DNA of 64,000 nucleotides, from positions 28,010-92,009 of the forward strand of contig JAQBRI010000009.1 in NCBI GenBank assembly GCA_028286585.1, written 5' to 3'. The DNA comes from Candidatus Kaiserbacteria bacterium. GTDB lineage: Bacteria; Patescibacteriota; Minisyncoccia; Phycocordibacterales; UBA2100. The notes beneath the pieces are model-generated. The model searched no databases. It was not told the DNA's origin and was given only the letters and a program-made list of their open reading frames with translations. A program made the translations under genes and the position numbers. This document shows positions 8,434 through 15,843 of this stretch, one piece after another; the first letter of the stretch is position 1; each line of letters begins with the position of its first letter.

Positions 8434-9265
8434 TGAAAGTGTAATCGTTGCGTACGTACCAGTACTCCACGAAGGGTACCTGCGCTTTTTTCAAAAAAAC
8501 CCGGGTGTAAAAAAAATCTACATTTTGGGTGAGGAAATCATTGCAGATTACAAACCGCTTACAAAAGATATCCGCCAAATTCCCCCAGCGACGATGCAGG
8601 GCCTTGTAACAGCGCTCGGTATCTTTGACTCTGTTGAAGTTTTAGACAAAGATATGGCGCGATCTTTTAATACAAGAGACTTCATCATAATACTTCCTGA
8701 CGAAGACGTAAGTCGCGATGTCGCAGCAGTCTATTTTCCAGACGCAAAAATTCAGTTTGATTCAATATTTTTAATGTGGGACAGGCACAACGCGCTTGCC
8801 GAAAGACCAGTCGTACCAGACGAGCAAATTACTCGAGATGCATTTCATAAACAAATCTTGGAGCAAGCCCAAACCGAGTCCGAAAAATCATCAGACATTT
8901 GGCGGCATGTTGGAGCGGCAATTGTAAAGAATGGAAAGCTTTTGCTCACCGGACACAACGAACACGTTCCTTCGGCACATTCTCAATATGCCCATGGTGA
9001 TCCTCGAAATAACTTTTCAAAAGGTGAATACATAGAATATTCAACAGCGCTTCATGCCGAAGCCGGACTCATTGCAACGGCAGCGAGCCAAGGTATCTCA
9101 CTTGAAGGATCTGACATGTACGTAACAGTATTTCCCTGCCCGCCGTGCGCAAAACTTATCGCGTATGCTGGTATAAAAACATTGTATTGCACGGGAGGAT
9201 ATGCGGTACTCGACGGACAAGATATTCTAAAAAGCCGTAATGTAAAAATAATTTTTGTAGAATAA
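8411..9265 (+). CDS. dCMP (deoxycytidylate) deaminase with ~150-aa N-terminal extension
   Basis: The C-terminal half 'HAEAGLIATAA...VTVFPCPPCAKLIAYAGI' is the H-A-E / P-C-x-x-C zinc site of the CDA/dCMP deaminase family. The N-terminal domain is unassigned (it contains 'VPVLHEGYLRF'). It overlaps the preceding gene by 23 nt. Confidence 0.8.
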   Translation: MNSITKSNESVIVAYVPVLHEGYLRFFQKNPGVKKIYILGEEIIADYKPLTKDIRQIPPATMQGLVTALGIFDSVEVLDKDMARSFNTRDFIIILPDEDVSRDVAAVYFPDAKIQFDSIFLMWDRHNALAERPVVPDEQITRDAFHKQILEQAQTESEKSSDIWRHVGAAIVKNGKLLLTGHNEHVPSAHSQYAHGDPRNNFSKGEYIEYSTALHAEAGLIATAASQGISLEGSDMYVTVFPCPPCAKLIAYAGIKTLYCTGGYAVLDGQDILKSRNVKIIFVE

Positions 9266-9266
9266 A

Positions 9267-9288
9267 AGCCGGCAATTGTGCCGGCTTT
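9267..9288. terminator. hairpin terminator between convergent genes
   Basis: agccggca-attg-tgccggct stem-loop followed by tt, between the dCMP deaminase gene (+) and the HIT-like gene (-). Confidence 0.6.
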
Positions 9289-9325
9289 CGTGTTGATGAT
9301 CAAAGATCAGAATTTGTGAGTATTG

Positions 9326-9934
9326 CTAGGCGCCGATTTCAGGGAAGAGAAAATCTTTTCCGCCGCGGCCGCGGAGTTCGTTGCGATGATCAAGAAGGCG
9401 TGCGTAATTCTTCTCGCGATCACTAGCGTCTTTCGCGAGTGGCACGCGGTACTCCGCGTCGCCATGTGGCTGAATGATATTGATGTGAATATGCGGAATC
9501 GTACCTGCGTGGTAAAGCGGATCACCGAAGCGCATGAGAATACCGCCGCCCCTCAAATCAAACTGTTTAACGGCACAAGAAAATAAAAATCCGATGCATA
9601 TCCAATCGCTGTCGGTGAGCTCCCCAACATCGGTGATGTGTTCGTCCGGGACGATCAGAAACATATGCCTTGTCTCCTTGGCGGGGAAATCATTCTTCCG
9701 AAGTTTCCAGTCCCCTGCGGCAAGTATGTCCGACCCTCCTTGTTTACAAAAAGGACAATGTCGTCTCGGATCGATGAGCGCCTTGATCGTCGAGCTGAAC
9801 TGGTCGAAGCTTCGACACCCCATAAGGTACTTCATGTTCGTGCTGAGACTCTGTATCCCAGCAAACTCGTTCGGCAAAGCAAAAAGTTCGGTAAATACTT
9901 CGCATGACATCTTACATCTCCATGACCATGTCAC
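9326..9934 (-). CDS. HIT-superfamily-like protein (degenerate H-x-H-x-N motif)
   Basis: 202 aa (alternative ATG at 9910). It has 'CPFCKQ' and 'MRFGDPLYHAGTIPHIHINIIQP', and is a paralog of the next gene. It looks more GC-rich than its neighbours by eye. Confidence 0.6.
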   Translation of the reverse strand: MTWSWRCKMSCEVFTELFALPNEFAGIQSLSTNMKYLMGCRSFDQFSSTIKALIDPRRHCPFCKQGGSDILAAGDWKLRKNDFPAKETRHMFLIVPDEHITDVGELTDSDWICIGFLFSCAVKQFDLRGGGILMRFGDPLYHAGTIPHIHINIIQPHGDAEYRVPLAKDASDREKNYARLLDHRNELRGRGGKDFLFPEIGA

Positions 9935-9981
9935 CCATCTGTGACTACGGCGATACTATCCCAAATCTGTCTTTTTCGCAA

Positions 9982-10440
9982 TTACTTCTTTGATTTTCCA
10001 ATCTTCACTCGTACTGGTTCATAATCAGGACTTTCTATATCCGGCTCGATAAGTTGTGCATGAAGATGTCTAACTGTTCCTCCCGATTTTTCTGGTTCTC
10101 CAAATCTCATCGCAATGCCTCCCCCTGTAATATTTCTCTCTTTTATCGCCCAGCGAAAATGCTCCATTAGTTCGGCATATGCTTCGGGAGATAGTTCATC
10201 GATCGCTTCGACATGATTTTTTGTGATAGCTAAAAGATGGTTTTTTGTATGCTCATATGGCCATTGATTATCTGTGAGTATCCAAAACTCTCCTTCTCTC
10301 AAAATAGGTTTTTTATGATAGCGAGCGAGATATTCCGGACAAAACGGACAAACTCCGTCTTCTACGATTATGTTCATAACCGCCCGCTGTTCATCCAGTC
10401 GTGCGTTATCCAAATTAACAAAAGCCTTTTCATTTGCCAT
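9982..10440 (-). CDS. HIT-superfamily protein, GalT/nucleotidyl-phosphorylase-branch-like (H-x-H-x-Q)
   Basis: 152 aa with 'CPFCPEY' and 'MRFGEPEKSGGTVRHLHAQLIEP'. H-x-H-x-Q is the GalT-branch variant of the histidine triad. Confidence 0.65.
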   Translation of the reverse strand: MANEKAFVNLDNARLDEQRAVMNIIVEDGVCPFCPEYLARYHKKPILREGEFWILTDNQWPYEHTKNHLLAITKNHVEAIDELSPEAYAELMEHFRWAIKERNITGGGIAMRFGEPEKSGGTVRHLHAQLIEPDIESPDYEPVRVKIGKSKK

Positions 10441-10442
10441 AC

Positions 10443-11327
10443 TTATACAGCGACCGGAATGTCTTTCATTCCAGGATGTGGTTCATAGTCACTCAATTCA
10501 AAATCTTCTGAACGATATGCAAAGATGTCATCTTTTTTGTTGATCATCGTAACAGTTGGCAGTCGCAAAGGGGCGCGAGTAAGGAGCTCCTCCACGTTTG
10601 GAATCTGGTCGACATAAATATGCGCATCCGAAAAACTATGTACAAATTCGTGCGGAATTGTGTTTGTTACGTGTGCTAACATCATCAAAAGCGCGCTGTA
10701 TTGGATCATGTTTGAAGGCACTCCCACCGGAAAGTCAGCCGAGCGCTGAAACATGTGGAGCGTCAGTTTATTGTCGATAATTCTAAAGTGCATCCATCCA
10801 TGGCACGGCGCCACAACCACCTTTTGCTGTTTGCCAGTGCCGCGAATAATGTACTGTGGAATCCATGGCGAAATAAAGTGCGTTCGCAAATGCGGAAATT
10901 CGATCATCTGCTCGATAATATTTTTGATTTGGTTATAACTTTCGCCTTCGGCTGTTGGAAAATCATGAAATGCCGCACCATACGATCCGGGTCCTAAGTC
11001 TCCTACCGCAAGTCCGCGTTTTGCAGCTTTTTCAGGTGTACCCCACGGAGTCCAAAATTTACATCCATATGACTCAAGCCCTTCGAGCGTGCGTTCACCA
11101 TTTATAAACGCGCAAATTTCTCCAATAGAGCCTTTCCAAAAACCTTTTACGCTTCGCTCGGTAATCATCGGAAATCCGTTCTCAAGCTTAAAATGCATCG
11201 GAGGAGGAGCAATAACAGTAAGCGCATCCACTCCTTGCTGACTCGAAACCCGTTCGCCATGTTTGAGAATATATTCCAAATTGTCGCGATACTGCGTGTC
11301 TGGTGTTCGCTCTTCAAATGGCTTCAT
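10443..11327 (-). CDS. thyA: thymidylate synthase (ThyA type, divergent)
   Basis: Catalytic 'APCHGWMHF', 'FQRSADFPVGVPSNMIQYSALL', 'GDLGPGSYGAAF', 'DAHIY' and C-terminal 'YEPHPGMKDIPVAV' align to E. coli ThyA motifs. I start it at ATG 11327 (MKPFEER...). The 381-aa ORF extension to 11588 overlaps dut and is rejected. Confidence 0.9.
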   Translation of the reverse strand: MKPFEERTPDTQYRDNLEYILKHGERVSSQQGVDALTVIAPPPMHFKLENGFPMITERSVKGFWKGSIGEICAFINGERTLEGLESYGCKFWTPWGTPEKAAKRGLAVGDLGPGSYGAAFHDFPTAEGESYNQIKNIIEQMIEFPHLRTHFISPWIPQYIIRGTGKQQKVVVAPCHGWMHFRIIDNKLTLHMFQRSADFPVGVPSNMIQYSALLMMLAHVTNTIPHEFVHSFSDAHIYVDQIPNVEELLTRAPLRLPTVTMINKKDDIFAYRSEDFELSDYEPHPGMKDIPVAV

Positions 11328-11390
11328 ACGAGCAGTATAACAGAGTGAATCTGCCGTGCCAGGGACTCCAGAAAATGATAGGATTCGGGT

Positions 11391-11819
11391 ATGAAGTTGC
11401 AAATCCGGCGCCTCGACAAAACGCTCCCACTTCCAGAATATAAAACCGAAGGCGCGGCGGGGATCGATTTGTATGTTCGCGAGAAAACGCAAATTCCCGC
11501 TCGCAGCATTGCAGTTGTACCACTTAATGTATCCATAAAGCCGCCAACAGAGCATTTTGTTCTTCTTGCGCCACGTTCCTCGCTTCACAAGCGTGGGCTT
11601 ATGTTTGCAAACAGCGTTGGCATCATGGACGAGGATTATTGCGGTGATGATGACGAGTATAGAGCTATTTTATATAACTTTACAGACTCGGATGTACTTG
11701 TTGCCCGAGGCGACAGAATTGCGCAGGCGGTCATACTTCCTCGCGAAAAGGTTGCTATCGAAGAAGTCGAATCTATGGAAAGTGTGAGTCGTGGCGGCAT
11801 TGGCTCAACGGGTATATAA
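11391..11819 (+). CDS. dut: dUTP diphosphatase (dUTPase)
   Basis: 142 aa with 'GAAGIDLY', 'GIMDEDYCGDDDE' and a C-terminal 'RGGIGSTG' flexible arm. It is divergent from thyA across 63 nt. Confidence 0.85.
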   Translation: MKLQIRRLDKTLPLPEYKTEGAAGIDLYVREKTQIPARSIAVVPLNVSIKPPTEHFVLLAPRSSLHKRGLMFANSVGIMDEDYCGDDDEYRAILYNFTDSDVLVARGDRIAQAVILPREKVAIEEVESMESVSRGGIGSTGI

Positions 11820-11926
11820 TCTAGCGTATGATTTAATTTCGCACATAGTGATTTCTTTTACTACTTTACAACTAGCGTCGCATTTTAAAGGACAGTTACG
11901 CGACGTGATTTTGTCAAAATCAACCT

Positions 11927-13195
11927 ATGAACGACTACTCACACATTCAAAAACAAGACGAAGAGGTATTTGCATCACTTTTGGGCGAAGAAACACGCGA
12001 GCGAGAAGGTATCGAATTAATCCCTTCAGAAAATTACGTTTCAAAAGCAGTGCGCGAAGCCAACAGTTCGATTTTTACTAACAAATATTCCGAAGGCTAT
12101 CCGGGCAAACGCTATTACGGTGGGCAATTCTATACTGACATCGTCGAAAATCTTGCGATCGATCGTGCCAAGCAACTTTTTGGTGCACAATTTGTAAACG
12201 TACAACCGCACTCGGGAGCAAACGCAAACATTGCGATGTATTTTGCTTTGCTTGAACCAGGTGACACCATCTTGGGAATGGATCTTTCGCATGGCGGGCA
12301 CCTTACACATGGTCATCCTGTCACCTATCTCACCAAGATTTTTAAATTCATCCGCTACAAAATGAAGGACGTAGAAACGGGTGAAATTGATTATGACGAA
12401 ATGCGAGCAACTGCACTCGAACATAAACCAAAGATTATTCTTGCTGGATATTCTGCATATCCGCGCGAACTCGATTATGCAAAAATAGCAGCTATCGCAC
12501 ACGAAGTCGGAGCATACGCAGTGATGGATATGGCACACATTGCTGGGCTTATTGCCGGTGGTGTGATGAAAAATCCATTTGATTATGGGTTTGATGTCAT
12601 GACTACAACTACACACAAAACCTTGCGAGGACCTCGCGGCGGCATGATCCTTACTTACAACAATCCCGAGATTGCCAAAAAAATAGATAAATCAGTTTTT
12701 CCAGGTCTCCAGGGAGGTCCGCTTATGAATACAATCGCTGCAAAGGCAGTGTGTTTTGGCGAAGCGCTCAAGCCGTCGTTCAAAACATATGCTGCTCGCA
12801 TTCTCGAAAACGCAAAAGCAATGGAGACAGTTTTCAAAGCAAAAAATATTCGCATGCTGACTGGTGGAACAAGTAGTCATCTTATTCTCGCAGACGTTTT
12901 TGGATCACTTCAAGTCACCGGCAAAGAAGCAGAGAACTTGCTGGATTCTGTCGGTATTACGCTCAACAAAAATGCAATTGCTGATGATGTTCGCGGGCCA
13001 ATGGATCCTTCGGGAATCCGTTTTGGTACTCCGGCAATTACTACGCGCGGATTTGGCACAAAGGAATGCGCGCGAGTAGCAGAACTCATGATCGACACTC
13101 TCACAAACCGCGAAGACAAGACCAAACTCGAAGAAATACACAGCGAAATAAAATCTCTCTGCGAAGCATTCCCTATTCCCGATTCGTTCACATAA
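11927..13195 (+). CDS. glyA: serine hydroxymethyltransferase
   Basis: 422 aa with 'LIPSENYVS', 'GYPGKRYYGG' and 'TTTTHKTLRGPRGG' (the PLP lysine motif). Confidence 0.95.
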   Translation: MNDYSHIQKQDEEVFASLLGEETREREGIELIPSENYVSKAVREANSSIFTNKYSEGYPGKRYYGGQFYTDIVENLAIDRAKQLFGAQFVNVQPHSGANANIAMYFALLEPGDTILGMDLSHGGHLTHGHPVTYLTKIFKFIRYKMKDVETGEIDYDEMRATALEHKPKIILAGYSAYPRELDYAKIAAIAHEVGAYAVMDMAHIAGLIAGGVMKNPFDYGFDVMTTTTHKTLRGPRGGMILTYNNPEIAKKIDKSVFPGLQGGPLMNTIAAKAVCFGEALKPSFKTYAARILENAKAMETVFKAKNIRMLTGGTSSHLILADVFGSLQVTGKEAENLLDSVGITLNKNAIADDVRGPMDPSGIRFGTPAITTRGFGTKECARVAELMIDTLTNREDKTKLEEIHSEIKSLCEAFPIPDSFT

Positions 13196-13228
13196 CCTTG
13201 GTTTGATTTATTGCCTCAACTGCTACCT

Positions 13229-13264
13229 CTGTACGCATTCTAACGACCGTTACAATGCGTACAG
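13229..13264 (+). terminator. hairpin after glyA (probable terminator)
   Basis: ctgtacgcatt / aatgcgtacag perfect 11-bp stem with a 14-nt loop, followed by a weak T-rich tract (attgtcattt). Confidence 0.5.
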
Positions 13265-13312
13265 ATTGTCATTTCATATGCGTGGCGAAGTAATCAGTAT
13301 TCAGCTATACTA

Positions 13313-13954
13313 ATGAACATGTTTACTACCGTTCTGTCGCTACTTCAAATCCCACACACTTCCCTAGCACATATCGTAACACTCATCGGTTATCCAGGTA
13401 TATTTGCTGCTATTTTTGCCGAAACAGGAGTCTTTTTTGGTTTTTTCTTGCCAGGATCTAGTCTTTTGTTTACGGCAGGTCTTCTTGCTTCGAAAGGAGT
13501 ATTTAATATTTGGGTCCTTTTTACTGTTGCATCTGTTGCAGCAATTTTGGGAGACAACGCAGGATACTGGTTTGGTTCAACTGTCGGTCACCAGCTGTAT
13601 AACCGTGCAGACTCGCGTTTTTTCAAAAAGAAATATTTGCTTGAAGCACATGCTTTTTATCAAAAATATGGATTACAAACTATTGTGCTTGCCCGCTTCA
13701 TTCCTGTAATTCGTACGTTTGTTCCGATCGTGGCAGGTATCGCAGAAATGGATTACAAACGATTCTTCTTGTACAACGTATTTGGTGGTTTTTTGTGGGC
13801 TGGTGGAATGTGTGTAGCCGGATATTATTTGGGCAAACATGTCCCATGGGTATCCACCTACCTTACTCCGATCATTTTGGTGATCATATTTATATCGATA
13901 CTTCCAGTTCTTGTGCAGTTTTACAAACAGTCTCGGACAAAATCACATTCTTAA
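13313..13954 (+). CDS. DedA family membrane protein
   Basis: 213 aa and multi-TM. 'LARFIPVIRTFVPIVAGIAEMDYKRF' is the DedA/SNARE-associated signature. Confidence 0.85.
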   Translation: MNMFTTVLSLLQIPHTSLAHIVTLIGYPGIFAAIFAETGVFFGFFLPGSSLLFTAGLLASKGVFNIWVLFTVASVAAILGDNAGYWFGSTVGHQLYNRADSRFFKKKYLLEAHAFYQKYGLQTIVLARFIPVIRTFVPIVAGIAEMDYKRFFLYNVFGGFLWAGGMCVAGYYLGKHVPWVSTYLTPIILVIIFISILPVLVQFYKQSRTKSHS

Positions 13955-14007
13955 AGATTTGGAATTTAAGTATCGAAGCTTTTTCGTAATGCACAAGAGA
14001 AAATTTG

Positions 14008-14817
14008 TTATTGCTCGAGAAGCGCCAGCCCTCCGTACAACCCCCCATCATCTTTGAGCTGTGAGTGTATGAGTCGCGGTATCGTTGGGAATTTATGCAT
14101 AAGTAGTTTTAAGTGTTCCGTTACACTCTCAACAGATATTCCAATTTCATTAAACATGGATCCACCCAAGACGATAGTGTCTGGAGACCACTCGAGTATC
14201 ATGTTGTGCACCCCAATCGCAGTAATGCGTGCAAGATCTTCCCATACTGGAGAATCTTTGCCCAGATCGCGCGGATGCATTCCATATTTTTTGTGAATAG
14301 CTGAGCCGGATACGAGTTCTTCAAATGTTTCAAGACTATCGCCATGCGAAAGATACTGACCGCCTATTTCAAATCCTTCAGTTGAGCGGTCGATATGTCC
14401 GTCAATAATTCGCACTCCATTTACTCCAGTCGAAATGGTAAGATACGCCATGATCGCACTTCCTACACCTGCTCCATATTTATTTTCACCAAGCCCAACC
14501 AGCGCCGTATCATTCTCAAGCGTGACCGTACACTCAAGCGCTTGCGCCAAATCATCTGCCAGCGGCTTACCGATCCATTCCATGAGATGCTCTGCTGTTG
14601 CAAGTGAGCGCTTATCATGAGAAAGCACACCAGGTACCCCCGCAACAAAGCGATCAATTGCTCCGCCTTCTGCAAGTTGTTTTGCCATTTGAACTATCAA
14701 TTCCAAACCCTGTTCATATTGCTGAGGTGTTTCAACATGCGTTGAACTGATCGATGTGTGCGCATTTGAAGCAACGCGCATTTTTGTTCCTCCAATATCA
14801 GCAAGGATTGCACGCAT
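14008..14817 (-). CDS. ROK-family sugar kinase (glucokinase-like)
   Basis: 269 aa with N-terminal 'LADIGGTKMRVA' (ATP phosphate-1 motif) and 'LENDTALVGLGE'. Confidence 0.75.
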   Translation of the reverse strand: MRAILADIGGTKMRVASNAHTSISSTHVETPQQYEQGLELIVQMAKQLAEGGAIDRFVAGVPGVLSHDKRSLATAEHLMEWIGKPLADDLAQALECTVTLENDTALVGLGENKYGAGVGSAIMAYLTISTGVNGVRIIDGHIDRSTEGFEIGGQYLSHGDSLETFEELVSGSAIHKKYGMHPRDLGKDSPVWEDLARITAIGVHNMILEWSPDTIVLGGSMFNEIGISVESVTEHLKLLMHKFPTIPRLIHSQLKDDGGLYGGLALLEQ

Positions 14818-14818
14818 A

Positions 14819-15799
14819 TTATTCGGACATACGTTTTTTAAACTCAGCTATAAGCGGCGTTTGAGGGAATGGTACTCCATAGCCTGTCGCAAGCTCTCGC
14901 GCAACTGCATCCCCCAGTAATATCGTTTTAAACGCCTTACTAAAGCCGGTATCCGATAACTCTACCGTATACACCCCGATACCTTTTTCGATGAGCATCT
15001 GGCTTGCAACCTGCATACGCTTTTGTATGCGCGGATTGTCATTTGGGTCCGCAAAAATGACAACGCCCATGGAATCTGTGATTTTACTCGTACTTTCTGT
15101 AACATCAAATCCGGATAAATCATTGTGACAAAGCTCTGGGCAGACATCAATAAATGCCGGTACCTTTGTTGTTTCATTAAAATGTACTTTCCAAATATAA
15201 GAGAGCGGCGTGTTTACGTTCGAAGCCCAAATAAGTGGTATTTTGTTTTTGAGAAAAAGTGCAATCGTATTTACTGTGTCTTGATGAGGAAAAAGATCTT
15301 CACGTACACCGGCAAGCAAAATTTCTTGTTGCAATGCATCATCTTCTAGTATCAATGCCAACGCCCGCATTCCAAAACCAATCGCAAGACGAGGCTCAAG
15401 TCCGATTTCTGGAAGAATAACGAGCGGTATGTTATGAGTGCGAGCAAAATCAGCCAACTCGCCACCTGTCGTGATAGCGGCAAGCGAGCATCCGCGTACC
15501 AAGGCCTCAGCAGCTGCATCCAAAATTTCTTCGGTATTACCAGAATACGAACTCAAAATAACTAATGTATCCTTGGGATCATATATTCCTGAGTCATACA
15601 TATACACTGGGAGTCCATAATCACGATGAATGCTCAGTTCGGGTTGATTATCAAAATTTTTGACAAGCCATGCCGGCAAATGCGACCCTCCCATACCGCA
15701 AACAATTGTATGTGGTTTATGCTGCAAAAAATGGCTTCTTTCAACCTTTAACTCAGTTGTGAATTGAGATTGAAATTGTATGTGTAAATCTTCATGCAT
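14819..15799 (-). CDS. bifunctional phosphoglucose/phosphomannose isomerase (SIS domain)
   Basis: 326 aa with 'VCGMGGSHLPAW' and 'ILSSYSGNTEEIL', matching the SIS-domain PGI/PMI family pattern. Confidence 0.8.
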   Translation of the reverse strand: MHEDLHIQFQSQFTTELKVERSHFLQHKPHTIVCGMGGSHLPAWLVKNFDNQPELSIHRDYGLPVYMYDSGIYDPKDTLVILSSYSGNTEEILDAAAEALVRGCSLAAITTGGELADFARTHNIPLVILPEIGLEPRLAIGFGMRALALILEDDALQQEILLAGVREDLFPHQDTVNTIALFLKNKIPLIWASNVNTPLSYIWKVHFNETTKVPAFIDVCPELCHNDLSGFDVTESTSKITDSMGVVIFADPNDNPRIQKRMQVASQMLIEKGIGVYTVELSDTGFSKAFKTILLGDAVARELATGYGVPFPQTPLIAEFKKRMSE

Positions 15800-15843
15800 T
15801 TAATAATTGTACCATATTTTAGTATTTCAAAAACAGCGCCGTA

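Noticed and set aside
11328-11588. The ORF track extends thyA to 381 aa (start 11588), overlapping the dut gene by ~200 nt.
   Set aside because: Homology to ThyA begins at MKPFEERTPD (ATG 11327), which gives a normal ~294-aa enzyme. The extension is Trp/Cys/Arg-rich nonsense antisense to the well-supported dUTPase N-terminus.
12041-12616. A 191-aa minus-strand ORF inside glyA, and similar long antisense ORFs inside GH15 (15988..16509, 16531..16971), the GT gene (19719..20168), the 58921..59655 gene (59353..59772), GNAT (59944..60394) and the AbiEii-like gene (63174..63667).
   Set aside because: All are nested antisense to genes with strong family motifs, are Cys/Arg/His/Phe-rich and have no recognisable domains.
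6485-13195. The idea that the ThyA-like enzyme plus glutamate ligase, nucleotidyltransferase and HIT genes encode a thymidine hypermodification pathway, as in some phages.
   Set aside because: The ThyA homolog keeps the dUMP-specifying Asn (PSNMIQY) and all core motifs. It also sits with DHFR and SHMT, which is the signature of ordinary reductive methylation. No kinase, glycosylase or phage genes are nearby. The ordinary thymidylate cycle is the simpler reading.
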